64,000 nucleotides of DNA from an uncultured Synechococcaceae cyanobacterium (GTDB lineage: Bacteria; Cyanobacteriota; Cyanobacteriia; PCC-6307; Cyanobiaceae), in assembly GCA_902570945.1 (NCBI GenBank), contig CACGAJ010000001.1, positions 3,256-67,255 of the forward strand, in the 5' to 3' direction. Below the pieces are notes generated by a model. The model searched no databases. It worked only from the letters and a program-made list of their open reading frames with translations, and was not told the origin of the DNA. This document shows, piece after piece, positions 11,339 through 22,963 of this stretch (position 1 is its first letter; the number at the start of each line of letters is the position of its first letter). Both the position numbers and the translations under genes were made by a program.

Positions 11339-13109
11339 ATTGCGAAAGATAAAATTTAAATATTTTTTTCTAATAATCTCAATATTAATATTGTCTGGAA
11401 TATCTTTTTATATTATTAACCTAATAATTACTACATTAAAATTTGATCAATCTAAAAATAAAACTTCAAAGTCTACCAAATATTCTTATGTAATAATTTC
11501 TTCCGACAATAAGGTACTTAGCAAATTGAGCCGCAAATTTGAAATAGATAATAGTAAACACAAAATTCCAATTCTTTTAAAAAACTCTTTTATATCTTCG
11601 GAGGATCGAAGATTTTATAAGCATAATGGAGTAGATTTAATAAGTATTTCACGAGCCCTTTTACAGAATATTAAGAATGGCTATGTTAAGGAGGGAGGAA
11701 GTACCATAACTCAACAAGTTGCTAGATTAATTTTTTTAAATAATGATTTAAGTTTTCAAAGAAAAATTAAAGAAATATTTATATCTCTCACACTTGAATT
11801 TAAATATGACAAAATACAAATTCTAAAATTATATCTAAATAATATTTATTTAGGATCAGGAGCATATGGTGTTAACGAGGCTGCTCAGGTTTATTTTGGG
11901 AAACTTATTGATGAATTGACCTTATCAGAGATAGCATTAATTACAGGATTAGCTCCGGCACCCTCAATTTATTCACCCTATCAAAATAAAGAACTAGCTA
12001 TTAAAAGTAGAAATAAAGTTCTTGAATCAATGTATCTTGACGGATATATATCTCTTGAAGAAAAGAATAAAGCTATTCAAGAAGAAATAATTTTAAATTA
12101 TCAAACAACCGATAAATTTTTAGATGATCAATTACTGATAAATTTTATTATTGAGGAAACAGATAAAAGAATTGAGAATAAAAATAATCATAAGTTTTTA
12201 AGAATTAAAACTTCTATTAATAAAGATTGGCAAGAAACTGCCCAAAAAATTTCAAGATATGTAGGGCCTAAAGAAATTGAAGTTGCATTGGTATCAATCG
12301 AATCAAACACAGGACTAATTAGAACTATGGTAACTAGCAAAAATCCATCATTAAATGAATTTAATAGAGTAACTTCATCTATAAGACCTCTTGGTTCTAT
12401 TTTTAAAATAATTCCTTATGCGGCGGCATTAATAGAAGGAACTAAATTAAGTGACGAATTTGAAGACTTACCAAAATGCTGGGAAAATTATTGCCCAAAA
12501 AATTTCTCAGAAGAATATCGAGGTAAAATATCTTTGATTGAAGCATTTAAAAGTTCATCCAATATTGTTCCAATATCAATAACAAAAAAAATTGGCTTGA
12601 AAAATATTATTGATTTAGCTAATGCATTTGGTCTGGGTTATAAGCAAAAGTTTGAGGAATTTCCATCATTAGCCATTGGCTCATATGGGGATAATCTTTT
12701 AAATATTACAAATGCATATTCTGCAATTAACAATAAAGGGGAAATTCATCACCCCAGCATTTTAGAAAAAATAGAATCCTACAATAATCAACCTATTTGG
12801 GAAAACAAATTTATTACCAAGAAAATATTAGATTTAAAAATTACTAAAAAAATAAATAAACTTCTAGAAGAATCAGTAAAAGACGGCACTTCTAAGGCGG
12901 CCTTTATAGAAGGGAAAAAAATTTATGGGAAAACAGGAACATCTGATGGAAATAAAGATCTCTGGTTTATTGGTTCCATTGATAACCTTACAACAGGGAT
13001 CTGGATAGGTTACGACGATAACAAGGCATCTGAATTATCTAGTGGAAATGCAGCTTATTTATGGAAGAAGTTTATATCTGAAATTTATAAAATTCCAATT
13101 AAAAAATAA
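11331..13109 (+). CDS. Class A penicillin-binding protein (transglycosylase/transpeptidase)
   Basis: EDRRF, GGSTITQQ, RKIKE; SxxK (SIFK), SxN (SSN) and KTG. Confidence 0.92.
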   Translation: MLKLRKIKFKYFFLIISILILSGISFYIINLIITTLKFDQSKNKTSKSTKYSYVIISSDNKVLSKLSRKFEIDNSKHKIPILLKNSFISSEDRRFYKHNGVDLISISRALLQNIKNGYVKEGGSTITQQVARLIFLNNDLSFQRKIKEIFISLTLEFKYDKIQILKLYLNNIYLGSGAYGVNEAAQVYFGKLIDELTLSEIALITGLAPAPSIYSPYQNKELAIKSRNKVLESMYLDGYISLEEKNKAIQEEIILNYQTTDKFLDDQLLINFIIEETDKRIENKNNHKFLRIKTSINKDWQETAQKISRYVGPKEIEVALVSIESNTGLIRTMVTSKNPSLNEFNRVTSSIRPLGSIFKIIPYAAALIEGTKLSDEFEDLPKCWENYCPKNFSEEYRGKISLIEAFKSSSNIVPISITKKIGLKNIIDLANAFGLGYKQKFEEFPSLAIGSYGDNLLNITNAYSAINNKGEIHHPSILEKIESYNNQPIWENKFITKKILDLKITKKINKLLEESVKDGTSKAAFIEGKKIYGKTGTSDGNKDLWFIGSIDNLTTGIWIGYDDNKASELSSGNAAYLWKKFISEIYKIPIKK

Positions 13110-13118
13110 ATTATATTT

Positions 13119-14435
13119 TTAAGATTTATAAGAAATTACTGCAGAATAAAATCCATCACCAGGATAATCTAAGCTAGGTAAAATTTGCTTTTGGCTAACC
13201 AATTTTAAAGTTTTATTTTTTTCAATAACTCGTTCAATTAATAGATTATTTTCATCGGGACAAATAGTACAAGTTGAATAAACTAAAGTGCCATCTTTTT
13301 TCAAAAGAGGGAAAATACTCTCCAAAAGTTTTTCCTGTAATAAAGTTAAAGATTTTATTTTTTCTTTACTTAAAGACCATCTAGAATCTGGATTCCTGGA
13401 AAGAGTTCCAATGCCTGAACAGGGCGCATCTAATAAAATTTTATCAAAATAAGATATAAACTTAGGATTTAATTCAAGCAAACTCGTAGCATCAGCCTTA
13501 AAGGTATTAACAGATTTCAAATTTAACCTTTCTAAATTTGATTGCAATATTTTCAATCTTTTTGCTGATCTATCTACGGCAATGATTTCAGCACTATCAT
13601 TTGTTAATTCTGCAAGGTGGGTTGACTTACTTCCTGGAGCTGCACAAGCATCTAAAATCTTTTCACCTTCTTTTGGATTTAAGAGAGGTGCTATCCACTG
13701 AGAAGATCTATCTTGAATTGTCCAAAGTCCATCACTATATCCTGGTAAATTTTTTATAGATCTTGGATTAGATTTTAAAGTAATTCCATTATGTAAATCA
13801 TTAATAATTTCAGCATCAATATTATTTTCATGAAGTAATTTCAAAAAGTTATCTAAATTAGTTTTTAATTGGTTAATTCTCAAATCAATTGACGGTTTTT
13901 TATTAAATGCCTTAATGATATTTTCACCCTCGCTATTGCCGACCCATTTATAAAGATCCTTTACTAGCCATAATGGAAATGATTCAAGGTATGAAATTCT
14001 TTCTTTTCTATCAGAAGATAATTCCGGAAAGATTTTTTGTTCTAATTTTCTTGATGCATTTCTCAATATCGCATTTACAGTTCCCGCTAAACCATTTAAA
14101 TCTGTTTTTTTAGCTACTTCTACAGTGGTTGAAATAGCAGCAGGAAATGGGATTTTATCCATTTTCAATATTTGATACAAACCTATATGTAGAAGCCATC
14201 TTAACTTTGGAGGCTGCTTTTTATGAGTAATTTTTGATGTATGATCCATCCAAAGATCAAGAAATTTTCTATACCTTATGCATCCAAAAGATAATTCCGT
14301 AATAAAAGCTATATCAAGAGGATTAAATTGATAATTTTTTAAAACCTTTTCAAGAGCATGATCAGAAAAATCACCAGAACTAACTTTTAATAAAACTTCC
14401 CAAGCTGCCTTTCTTTGTAAATATCCTATGCTCAA
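13119..14435 (-). CDS. rsmB: 16S rRNA m5C967 methyltransferase
   Basis: NusB-like N-terminus, QDRSSQ, DACAAPGSKS, DAPCSG, YSTCT. Confidence 0.95.
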   Translation of the reverse strand: MSIGYLQRKAAWEVLLKVSSGDFSDHALEKVLKNYQFNPLDIAFITELSFGCIRYRKFLDLWMDHTSKITHKKQPPKLRWLLHIGLYQILKMDKIPFPAAISTTVEVAKKTDLNGLAGTVNAILRNASRKLEQKIFPELSSDRKERISYLESFPLWLVKDLYKWVGNSEGENIIKAFNKKPSIDLRINQLKTNLDNFLKLLHENNIDAEIINDLHNGITLKSNPRSIKNLPGYSDGLWTIQDRSSQWIAPLLNPKEGEKILDACAAPGSKSTHLAELTNDSAEIIAVDRSAKRLKILQSNLERLNLKSVNTFKADATSLLELNPKFISYFDKILLDAPCSGIGTLSRNPDSRWSLSKEKIKSLTLLQEKLLESIFPLLKKDGTLVYSTCTICPDENNLLIERVIEKNKTLKLVSQKQILPSLDYPGDGFYSAVISYKS

Positions 14436-14486
14436 AATATAATTAATTTTTTAAACATAACTTTAATATACAAAAAATTCAAAAAT

Positions 14487-14630
14487 TTAAACTACTTTTT
14501 CAATTGCAGAATTAAACCAAATAAAACCTAAGATAGAAATAAGTGAAAGATTAAATCCTAAAAAAAGAAAGATATTCAAAGAATGGATTCTTTCCCGAAA
14601 AAATATTTTTTTTTCTTTTTGATACTTCAT
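14487..14630 (-). CDS. Small single-pass membrane protein (47 aa)
   Basis: Manual translation MKYQKEKKIFFRERIHSLNIFLFLGFNLSLISILGFIWFNSAIEKVV*; below the ORF-track cutoff. Confidence 0.5.
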   Translation of the reverse strand: MKYQKEKKIFFRERIHSLNIFLFLGFNLSLISILGFIWFNSAIEKVV

Positions 14631-14649
14631 TATTAAAATATAAACTTAT

Positions 14650-14829
14650 TCAGGATTTCAAACGGCAACCAATATTGATAGATCCTGCATCAAGCATTCT
14701 GCCTAATTTAATTGCTATGGATTCCTCCAACCTAGTGAAATTAGATTGATGAGTAGTTATCCAATCTAATTCAGAAAAAGTGATGATCCCTGTAGAATTA
14801 CTTTTTAAAAAAAGTGTTCCAATTTCCAT
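14650..14829 (-). CDS. Small conserved picocyanobacterial protein (59 aa)
   Basis: Manual translation MEIGTLFLKSNSTGIITFSELDWITTHQSNFTRLEESIAIKLGRMLDAGSINIGCRLKS*; resembles a recalled marine Synechococcus/Prochlorococcus hypothetical family. Confidence 0.7.
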   Translation of the reverse strand: MEIGTLFLKSNSTGIITFSELDWITTHQSNFTRLEESIAIKLGRMLDAGSINIGCRLKS

Positions 14830-14934
14830 TAGATAAATCTAATTTTTTCTAAGTTAACATCCCTACTTAATATTTCTTCATAACATAATATTCTTTTAAT
14901 TTTTCAAAGAAAACTGTAGGTTGTTACTCTTAAT

Positions 14935-16425
14935 TTATTGAATATCTTTTAAAAATTTATCGGCCGTTTTTAAGTGATTATTTAATTTTTCCTCTGACAT
15001 TTTATCGAGATTTCTCGTTAACATTGCCAGACGATATTGCTTTCTAAAAAAGCTTTCATTATCTTTAATAAATTTCCAAAATAAGCCATCCCATATTTCA
15101 CACCACGGGCCAGTTTTAAAATTAGACATTTTTTTTACATAATTAGAGCTTGATATATATGGCTTTGTTGAAAAGATACCACCATCACTAAACTGACTCA
15201 TTCCGTAAACATTTGGGACCATAACCCAATCATAGGAATCAATAAACATTTCCATAAACCATTTATAAACTTGGTTGGGGTGAATTCTACATAGAAGCAT
15301 AAAGTTGCCAACAATCATTAGCCTCTCAATATGATGACAATAACCAAATTTAATAATATTTTTTATAACAACGTCTACCGGTTCAATTCCTGTATTTCCT
15401 TGATAAAAAGATCTTGGAATTGGCTTATCTTCAAAATTCCAAAAATTACTATTTCGCATCTTTGTTCCGTACTTTTTATAGACGAGGCAAATAAATTCTC
15501 TCCATCCAATAATTTGACGAATAAAACCCTCTAAAGAGTTAATAGGAACATTATTTTTTTTTGCAAAAAGTAATGCTTTATTTACTACTACATCAGGGGT
15601 TAATAAGCCGCTATTTAAAAGAGGAGAAAGTAAACTGTGCCATAAAAAAGAATTTTCTTTAGAAATAGCATCCTCATAATCTCCAAATAAGGAAAATCTA
15701 TGTTTAAAAAAATCATTTAACCATTCATCTGCCTCTTCAAAATTAATTGGATATAAAAAGTTATTACTTTCTCCAATAAACTCAATATCAAAATTGGCTA
15801 ATGACCTTTCTGCATTAACTACAAATTTATTTTTTTGTAATTTAGGTGTATCAGGTATATTTATTTTTTTTGGTAATTTTTTTCTGTTCATTTCGTCGAA
15901 ACTCCACTTACCGCCTTCAGGTGTATCATCAGGATTAACTAATATCTTTTGGCTCTTTCTTTGATTCTCATAAAATCTCCCCATAAGAGGTTTTTTTGTA
16001 TTAGATGCAAACAACTCTTTTAAATCTTCACTGCTCATAAACATAGGAGAAGGCAAAATATTTAAAGCTAAATTATTACTTTCAACAAAATTATTAATCC
16101 TCTTCATTATTAAATAATCATGAGGGTCAATGAGATTTATTTTGTGATATTTATCTTTAATAAATTCCGATAAGTAATCAACTGTAGAAAAATTATTCTT
16201 GTTTTCTATATATAAAACTTTAAAGCCAGATATTTCTAAATAATTTTTATAAGCGAGCATAGATGCTCTATGAAAAACTAACTTGTTTTTATGATTAGTT
16301 AATTTGTGAAATTTATCATTTCCAAAAAATAATGAGTCTTCCAGAATCAAAATTTCACAATTTATTTTTAAGATTGGGCTTTCTCTAAAAAGTTGATTCG
16401 GGAAAATAATTGATACTTGTTTCAT
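14935..16425 (-). CDS. Bacterial (6-4) photolyase/cryptochrome (CryPro/PhrB-like, COG3046)
   Basis: [62 protein letters not shown]. Confidence 0.9.
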   Translation of the reverse strand: MKQVSIIFPNQLFRESPILKINCEILILEDSLFFGNDKFHKLTNHKNKLVFHRASMLAYKNYLEISGFKVLYIENKNNFSTVDYLSEFIKDKYHKINLIDPHDYLIMKRINNFVESNNLALNILPSPMFMSSEDLKELFASNTKKPLMGRFYENQRKSQKILVNPDDTPEGGKWSFDEMNRKKLPKKINIPDTPKLQKNKFVVNAERSLANFDIEFIGESNNFLYPINFEEADEWLNDFFKHRFSLFGDYEDAISKENSFLWHSLLSPLLNSGLLTPDVVVNKALLFAKKNNVPINSLEGFIRQIIGWREFICLVYKKYGTKMRNSNFWNFEDKPIPRSFYQGNTGIEPVDVVIKNIIKFGYCHHIERLMIVGNFMLLCRIHPNQVYKWFMEMFIDSYDWVMVPNVYGMSQFSDGGIFSTKPYISSSNYVKKMSNFKTGPWCEIWDGLFWKFIKDNESFFRKQYRLAMLTRNLDKMSEEKLNNHLKTADKFLKDIQ

Positions 16426-16553
16426 CTTTGCGACTTCCTATTACTGCATCTTTTTGAACAGTAGATTACATCATCCCAACAGTTTTTCCATTTTTTACGC
16501 CACTCGAATGGCCTATTGCAAACAGGACAAGTTTTAGTAGAAAGATTTTTCAA
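16422..16553 (-). CDS. DUF2256-family small Cys protein (43 aa)
   Basis: Manual translation from [46 protein letters not shown]; stop overlaps the photolyase start (ATGA). Confidence 0.85.
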   Translation of the reverse strand: MKNLSTKTCPVCNRPFEWRKKWKNCWDDVIYCSKRCSNRKSQR

Positions 16554-16556
16554 AAT

Positions 16557-16793
16557 TTATAATTTTCTTTTATGAGTAGATTTAAATCTAGTTGAATCTT
16601 TAAGCGCCATATGTTTTGTATTTCTTCCCGAAACTCTCTTTCTCCAGACTTTGAAGGATTTGGGTTTAAGATTTTGACGCATAATTTTTATCGCATCTTC
16701 CTCTTTTAAACCAAATTGATACTCGATAGCATCAAAGGGTGTTCTATCTTCCCAACACATTTCTATTATTCTGTCTATGTCGATACTTTCCAT
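16557..16793 (-). CDS. TIGR03643/DUF2805-family protein
   Basis: DRIIEMCWEDRTPFDAI..QFGL..SFKVWRKRVSGR signature. Confidence 0.88.
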   Translation of the reverse strand: MESIDIDRIIEMCWEDRTPFDAIEYQFGLKEEDAIKIMRQNLKPKSFKVWRKRVSGRNTKHMALKDSTRFKSTHKRKL

Positions 16794-16795
16794 CT

Positions 16796-17188
16796 TTATT
16801 GTTCACATTGAGAGGTACAAAATTTTTCAATATCGGATCTACCTGTAATTTGAAGTCTATATTTTGCCCAATATCTGTATACCAGTCTTAGTATTGGGGA
16901 TAAGAACTTAATCTTCAAGGGATAATAAACCCAACCTAAACCAACTAATTCATAAGAATATGCAAGTACATCTAGTCCCCTAATAATTTCACCATTTTCC
17001 ATAATCCCATGTAGGTTTGACATAGCTTCTGAATATGAGATGTCATTGAAAAGACTTTGATCATAATCCTTACTATTAATATCTATAAATGCAATTTGAT
17101 TTAAGATATCTCTTTTTTTTAGAAAATTTGTTTCTCTCAAACAAAGTGGACAACCACCATCGAATAAAAAAGTTAATTTATTTTTCAT
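16796..17188 (-). CDS. DCC-family thiol-disulfide oxidoreductase (DUF393)
   Basis: FDGGCPLC motif, YRYWAKYR; ATG at 17188 (track start TTG 17200). Confidence 0.85.
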   Translation of the reverse strand: MKNKLTFLFDGGCPLCLRETNFLKKRDILNQIAFIDINSKDYDQSLFNDISYSEAMSNLHGIMENGEIIRGLDVLAYSYELVGLGWVYYPLKIKFLSPILRLVYRYWAKYRLQITGRSDIEKFCTSQCEQ

Positions 17189-17320
17189 ATTTTTCTTCAA
17201 ATATAGAAATTAAATAACTTTTTTGTGGGAAAAAAAATTTTTTTTAGAGTACAAGCTTTATAAAGCCTTAATAATTAAAAGTTCTAATTTAGGAAAATTA
17301 TATTATCTTATTAATTAATA

Positions 17321-17350
17321 AGCCATTGATAAAGGGATACATCAATGGTT
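17321..17350. terminator. Hairpin, probable terminator of the 17366-17569 gene
   Basis: AGCCATTGAT-N10-ATCAATGGTT inverted repeat just downstream of the stop codon. Confidence 0.5.
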
Positions 17351-17365
17351 TAAAAATATTAATGA

Positions 17366-17569
17366 TTAATCATCTAATAGATGAACTCCTTCGCCTACAT
17401 CAGGAGCGAATTTACAATATTTTTCAAAAACGATTCCTACTCCTCTCATTTTTTCTCCTAATTCATCGTTAAATTTATTCCATTCTTCAGATTTTCGCTC
17501 AGGTAATTCCCATCCCTGTTTCTCTACCATGCTTGTGATTATTGTATAATCCCATTCTATGTATGCCAT
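17366..17569 (-). CDS. Hypothetical protein (67 aa)
   Basis: ATG-started ORF with protein-like composition and its own downstream hairpin. Confidence 0.6.
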   Translation of the reverse strand: MAYIEWDYTIITSMVEKQGWELPERKSEEWNKFNDELGEKMRGVGIVFEKYCKFAPDVGEGVHLLDD

Positions 17570-17665
17570 TGGGTTAATTCAAACTACCAAAATATTATAA
17601 ACCAAGAGATTTAATAGGTAATCTATATTTTTTGAATATAATTTAGAAGTGTGAAATAATTATAA

Positions 17666-18337
17666 ATGTATATTTTGCCGAGAAGATTTGAACGAATCAA
17701 AAGCGTTTTAGATTGCAGAATGAAAAACTTGACTGTTTTAGTTGAGGATGTCAATAAACCACATAATCTATCCGCTATATTAAGGTCCTGTGATGCAGCA
17801 GGAGTTTTCGAAGCAAATTTTATTAGCAAAAGTAATGCAGTTAAGACTTTTAATAGTACTGCTCAAGGAAGTCAAAAATGGGTCAAACTAAATAATCATG
17901 AAAACACTATTACGGCAATATCTGATTTAAAGAATAAGGGTTTTAAATTATATGGAACGACTCTTAATAGTGAATCAGAAGATTATAGAAATTTTGATTA
18001 TTCTCAAAATACATGTTTTGTTCTAGGAGCAGAAAAATGGGGATTAAGTAGTGAACTTATATCAATGGTTGATCAATCAATTTTCATACCTATGAGAGGT
18101 ATGGTTCAATCCCTTAATGTCTCAGTTGCTGCATCGATATTATTATTTGAAGCTATTCGCCAGAGAAAAAATAAAGGTATGTTGCCCACTAATGGAGAAG
18201 GTTTAAATTTAGATGAATATCAAAAGTCCCTTTTTGAATGGTGTTACCCAGAATTAGCTGCGTTGTACAAAAAATCAGCTAAAGAATATCCAAAGTTGAA
18301 TGACCAAGGAGAATTTGCTTCTATTACAGATAACTAA
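17666..18337 (+). CDS. trmH: tRNA (guanosine-2'-O)-methyltransferase, SpoU family
   Basis: KPHNLSAILRSCDAAG, GAEKWG, IPMRGMVQSLNVSVA. Confidence 0.9.
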   Translation: MYILPRRFERIKSVLDCRMKNLTVLVEDVNKPHNLSAILRSCDAAGVFEANFISKSNAVKTFNSTAQGSQKWVKLNNHENTITAISDLKNKGFKLYGTTLNSESEDYRNFDYSQNTCFVLGAEKWGLSSELISMVDQSIFIPMRGMVQSLNVSVAASILLFEAIRQRKNKGMLPTNGEGLNLDEYQKSLFEWCYPELAALYKKSAKEYPKLNDQGEFASITDN

Positions 18338-18339
18338 AT

Positions 18340-19185
18340 TTATTCAGTCTTTTGACTATCAAAAATTTCTTCAAGATCCTCTCCTATAAAAGAGAAACCT
18401 AAAACCAAAAAAAACATTGCCAAACCGGGGAATAAGGCAGTCCACCATATACCGGTAGGTAATGCAGCAAGAGCAAGATTTAAATCACTTCCCCACTCTG
18501 GGACATCTGCAGGAACACCAAGACCTAAAAATCCTAAACTTCCTAATACTAAAACTGCATCAGCAGCATTTAAGGTAAGCAGAATAGGCAATGGTGTTAT
18601 TACATTTGGGAGAATATATTTAAAAATAATTGTTTTAACATCAGCTCCTGAAACTTGGGCTGCCTCCACGTAAGTTTCGGATTTAACCAAAATTGTCTGA
18701 TTTCTGATTAATCTAAAATATTGAGGCGAGTAAACAATACACAATGCCAAAGCTGCGTTAAGGATACCCTTACCCAATACAAAAGCCACAACAACTGAAA
18801 GCAAAATTACAGGTATTGAAAAAATAGTATCCATTATTAGTGATAAGCATTTATCAAAAAACCCCCCAAAATAACCACTTAATAATCCTAATGGCAAACC
18901 TAAACTTAATGAAAAAAGAATAGCTAAGAAAACAACTTCTATCGCTAAAGATGATCCTTGTAAAGTTCTTAAGCAAACATCTCTTCCTAATCTATCTGTG
19001 CCACAGAAATGATTGAGCGAAGGAGGGGCAAAGATCTCATTGCTTAACATTGAAAATGAATAACCAAAAAAACTATTAGCCTCTAAAAATTTCATTATTA
19101 AAACAACAAGAAGATAAAAAAGAACGATTAGGAATCCAGCTTTTCTAATATTTGCTCCGACACGATTGAATGAGTTAATATCCAA
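18340..19185 (-). CDS. Peptide/nickel ABC transporter permease (DppC/OppC-like)
   Basis: HFCGTDRLGRD, YVEAAQVSGA (EAA loop), LGFLGLG..PEWG. Confidence 0.9.
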   Translation of the reverse strand: MDINSFNRVGANIRKAGFLIVLFYLLVVLIMKFLEANSFFGYSFSMLSNEIFAPPSLNHFCGTDRLGRDVCLRTLQGSSLAIEVVFLAILFSLSLGLPLGLLSGYFGGFFDKCLSLIMDTIFSIPVILLSVVVAFVLGKGILNAALALCIVYSPQYFRLIRNQTILVKSETYVEAAQVSGADVKTIIFKYILPNVITPLPILLTLNAADAVLVLGSLGFLGLGVPADVPEWGSDLNLALAALPTGIWWTALFPGLAMFFLVLGFSFIGEDLEEIFDSQKTE

Positions 19186-19263
19186 AATTTTTTTTAAAGA
19201 TATGACTGAAATATACCCAATTCTAAAAAAAAAAAATAGCTATTAATTTTAAATTCTAAAAAA

Positions 19264-21072
19264 TTACTGGTTTAATTTTAGGACTGCCATAAAAGCTTCT
19301 TGAGGGACTTCAACTTTACCCATTGCCTTCATCCTCTTTTTACCTTTGGCTTGTTTCTTCAAAAGTTTCTTTTTCCTAGAAATATCTCCTCCATAACATT
19401 TAGATAAAACATCTTTTCGTAAAGCACTTATACTTTCACTTGCAATAATCCTGCTCCCGATTGATGCTTGAATAGGTATTTTAAATTGTTGTTTTGGAAT
19501 AAGTTCTTTTAATTTCTCTACTAAACTTCTGCCAATACCATAAGCCTTATCTTTATGAACAATCGAAGTTAATGGATCTGCTCTTTCTGAATTTATTAGA
19601 ACATCTAATCTAACAAGGTCATTCTTTCTATAGCCAATCAAGTGATATTCCATTGATGCATAACCCTGGGTCCTACTTTTCATTTGATCAAAGAAATCTG
19701 TAACGACTTCTGCTAGTGGAATTTCATAAATTAAAGTAACTCTATCTGTTGTTATATATTTCATATCTATGAATACTCCCCTTCTTTCCTGACATAAACC
19801 CATTAATGTTCCATTAAATTCATTGGGTGCATAAATTTCCATTTTCACATAAGGCTCTTCTATGGATTCTCTAAGTTGTGGATCGGGAATTGTAGAAGGA
19901 TTATCGATAAAGATATGTTCTTGCTGATTTAAATTAACCTTATAGATAACTGATGGTGCAGTCACGATTAGATCTAAATCATATTCTCTTTCTAATCTTT
20001 CTTGAACAATCTCCATATGAAGAAGTCCCAGGAATCCGCACCTAAATCCGAAGCCCATCGCGCTACTGGTTTCGGGCTCGTATTTTAAAGCTGCATCAGA
20101 TAATTGTAATTTTTCAAGGGATACTCTTAAATCTGGGAATTGATCAGCATCAGTAGGGAATAAGCCACAAAAAACCATAGGATTTGCTGTTTTATAACCA
20201 GGCAAAGGATTATTTGCAGGTGAATTTAAAAGAGTAATAGTATCTCCCACTCTCGCATCAGCAACTGATTTTATAGATGCAGCTAAATAACCAACTTCTC
20301 CTGCATGTAATTCATCAACTTGCTGCTGATCAGGGGCCATTATTCCTATCTCATCCAGTTCATAATTTTTTTTACTAGCCATTAATAATATCTTTTCTCT
20401 CTTATTAAGAGACCCTGATATCACCCTGAAATAAACAATTACTCCTCGGTAGGGATCATAATAAGAATCAAAAATGAGTGCCTTTGTGGGTAGTTTAATT
20501 TCATCTTTAGGAGGAGGTACTCTTCTTACGATTGCTTCCAAAATATCTTTAATACCAACTCCAGTTTTTGCTGAACAATTTATTGCATTAGATGTATCTA
20601 GTCCAATAATTTCCTCTATTTCTTGCTTTATTTTTTCAGCATCAGCACCTGGTAAATCAACTTTATTTAAAACTGGAATTATTTCAAGATTATTTTCTAG
20701 GGCAAGATAAACATTAGCTAAGGTTTGAGCTTCTACTCCTTGACTTGCATCAACAACTAGTAAAGCTCCTTCACAAGCTTGAAGAGATCTACTAACCTCA
20801 TAAGAGAAATCAACATGCCCTGGTGTATCAATTAAGTTTAAAACATATTCTTGAGAATCTTCAGCTTTATATTTCATCCTAGCAGCCTGTAACTTGATAG
20901 TAATTCCTCTTTCTCTTTCAAGATCCATACTGTCCAAAAATTGTTCTTGCATATCCCTTTGCTTTACAGTACCAGTATCTTGGAGCAACCTATCTGCAAG
21001 GGTAGATTTACCATGGTCAATATGAGCTATTATGCAGAAATTCCTAATTTTTGAAACCGATATATCAGTCAT
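19264..21072 (-). CDS. lepA: Elongation factor 4
   Basis: [41 protein letters not shown]. Confidence 0.99.
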   Translation of the reverse strand: MTDISVSKIRNFCIIAHIDHGKSTLADRLLQDTGTVKQRDMQEQFLDSMDLERERGITIKLQAARMKYKAEDSQEYVLNLIDTPGHVDFSYEVSRSLQACEGALLVVDASQGVEAQTLANVYLALENNLEIIPVLNKVDLPGADAEKIKQEIEEIIGLDTSNAINCSAKTGVGIKDILEAIVRRVPPPKDEIKLPTKALIFDSYYDPYRGVIVYFRVISGSLNKREKILLMASKKNYELDEIGIMAPDQQQVDELHAGEVGYLAASIKSVADARVGDTITLLNSPANNPLPGYKTANPMVFCGLFPTDADQFPDLRVSLEKLQLSDAALKYEPETSSAMGFGFRCGFLGLLHMEIVQERLEREYDLDLIVTAPSVIYKVNLNQQEHIFIDNPSTIPDPQLRESIEEPYVKMEIYAPNEFNGTLMGLCQERRGVFIDMKYITTDRVTLIYEIPLAEVVTDFFDQMKSRTQGYASMEYHLIGYRKNDLVRLDVLINSERADPLTSIVHKDKAYGIGRSLVEKLKELIPKQQFKIPIQASIGSRIIASESISALRKDVLSKCYGGDISRKKKLLKKQAKGKKRMKAMGKVEVPQEAFMAVLKLNQ

Positions 21073-21127
21073 ATAGAAAGAAAAATTCTCCTCTTATTAC
21101 ATCTTGATTAATACTAGCTAATTAGAA

Positions 21128-22624
21128 TTATGGATGGAAACCAAAAATGGAATTATTTCTTTTTTTGATGTCTTTTATTAAGGCACTTTTATTTTTAGAG
21201 TCCGATAGTTCTGGATAAATTAAGTCATTTATTTTTTTCTGAAGATTATGCTTATCGTTTAAAAATAAAACAGATTTTTCTAGAACCTCAACCATAATTG
21301 AGACGGCAGTACTTGCACCGGGAGATGCTCCTAACAAAGCAGATAATGATCCATCAGATGAATTCACAATCTCTGTTCCAAATTTCAAAGAACCACCACC
21401 TTCAGTTTTTTTAATTATTTGGACTCTTTGACCAGCATTCTTTAAATACCAATCAGAGGGATTAGCTGATGGCATCATATTCTTTAAACTTTCAACTCTT
21501 GAGTTGTGGTTATTTAATGATTGTGATATTAGGTAATTAATTAAATCGTTGTTCTTGAAACCAACGTCTAACATAGAAAAAATATTATTCTTTTTAATTG
21601 AACTAAATAAGTCAAAGTATGAGCCTTGCTTTAAAAATTTTGTTGTAAATCCAGCAAAAGGTCCATATAAAAGAAGTTTTTTATTATCAATCCACCTGGT
21701 ATCTAAATGAGGCACAGACATTGGTGGAGAACCAATATCAGCCTTGCCATAAACTTTTGAGTTATGTTTTTCTGTTAAATCTTTTTCCTCGCAAATAAGC
21801 CATTTCCCACTCACAGGAAATCCACCATAACTTTTTGCTTCTGGAATTTTCGATTTTTGCAAATAATTAATTGTTTTTCCACCAGCACCAAGAAAAACAT
21901 AACCAGTTCTAATTGAAGTTTTTCTACCTTCAGAACTAATTTCTAGTTCCCATTTCTTATTATCAATTTTCTTTAAATCTAATAATTCTGTTTTGTACCT
22001 GATTTCAACATTATTGTCTAAAGCAACTAATGACAAATACTCTTTTGTGAGGGCCTCAAAATTAATATCTGTTCCTCTACCTATTCTGGTAGCAGCAATT
22101 TTAGTAAATGGATTCCTATCTTTTGTTATTAGAGGAGCCCATGATGAGATTTCATCAAAAGATGTAGAAAATTCCATATCAATAAATTCAGGATTTTCAG
22201 TCATTCTCTGAAATCTTTTTTTTAAAAAAGAAATATTATCCTGACCAGACACAAAGCTAATATGAGGAATAAATTTTAGAAACTTTTTGATATCAATTTT
22301 CCCTGCTTCATACAATGAGGCCCACAAAGACATGGATGTTTCAAAAGAACGATTTATTGAGAGCGCTTTATCTATTTTTATATTTCCTTTTTTATCTAAA
22401 GGGGTATAGTTTAATTCACAATTAGCAGCATGTCCTGTACCTGCATTATTAAAAGCCCCAGTACTTTCACTTCCTGGAGCATTTAATTTTTCTATAATAA
22501 GAACTCTTAAATTTGGTAAAATTTCTGAAATTAAGAGTGCTAAAGTACTGCTCATTATCCCTGCTCCTACTAAGACTGCATCAAAGTAGCTATTGTCATT
22601 AGTGGGATTTTCAGATGAAGTCAC
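21128..22624 (-). CDS. mqo: Malate:quinone oxidoreductase
   Basis: [52 protein letters not shown]. Confidence 0.96.
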   Translation of the reverse strand: MTSSENPTNDNSYFDAVLVGAGIMSSTLALLISEILPNLRVLIIEKLNAPGSESTGAFNNAGTGHAANCELNYTPLDKKGNIKIDKALSINRSFETSMSLWASLYEAGKIDIKKFLKFIPHISFVSGQDNISFLKKRFQRMTENPEFIDMEFSTSFDEISSWAPLITKDRNPFTKIAATRIGRGTDINFEALTKEYLSLVALDNNVEIRYKTELLDLKKIDNKKWELEISSEGRKTSIRTGYVFLGAGGKTINYLQKSKIPEAKSYGGFPVSGKWLICEEKDLTEKHNSKVYGKADIGSPPMSVPHLDTRWIDNKKLLLYGPFAGFTTKFLKQGSYFDLFSSIKKNNIFSMLDVGFKNNDLINYLISQSLNNHNSRVESLKNMMPSANPSDWYLKNAGQRVQIIKKTEGGGSLKFGTEIVNSSDGSLSALLGASPGASTAVSIMVEVLEKSVLFLNDKHNLQKKINDLIYPELSDSKNKSALIKDIKKRNNSIFGFHP

Positions 22625-22694
22625 AACAGAAAATTATCTTTTTTGCAATTAATCAGATTTCTCTCTAGGCTTATTATAAAGTTAATCCAAAATT

Positions 22695-22940
22695 ATGAGT
22701 ACTGAAACACTCTCGCTGACAAACGAAAATGTAGAAAAAGTCCTCGACGAGCTAAGACCTTTTTTAATATCTGATGGAGGTAATGTAGAGATTGCAGAAA
22801 TAGATGGTCCAGTTGTCAAAGTCAGACTTCAAGGGGCATGCGGTAGTTGTCCAAGTAGTACTATGACTCTAAAAATGGGTATTGAAAGAAAGTTAAAAGA
22901 AATGATTCCTGAAATAAGCGAAGTTGTTCAGGTTTTATAA
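22695..22940 (+). CDS. nfuA: NifU-like Fe-S scaffold (Nfu)
   Basis: [10 protein letters not shown]...[11 protein letters not shown]. Confidence 0.9.
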   Translation: MSTETLSLTNENVEKVLDELRPFLISDGGNVEIAEIDGPVVKVRLQGACGSCPSSTMTLKMGIERKLKEMIPEISEVVQVL

Positions 22941-22963
22941 CAATTTTTTAATTGAAATATATA

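Noticed and set aside
14915-14927. GTA-GGTTGT-TAC as an NtcA site
   Set aside because: Spacer is 6 nt, not 8
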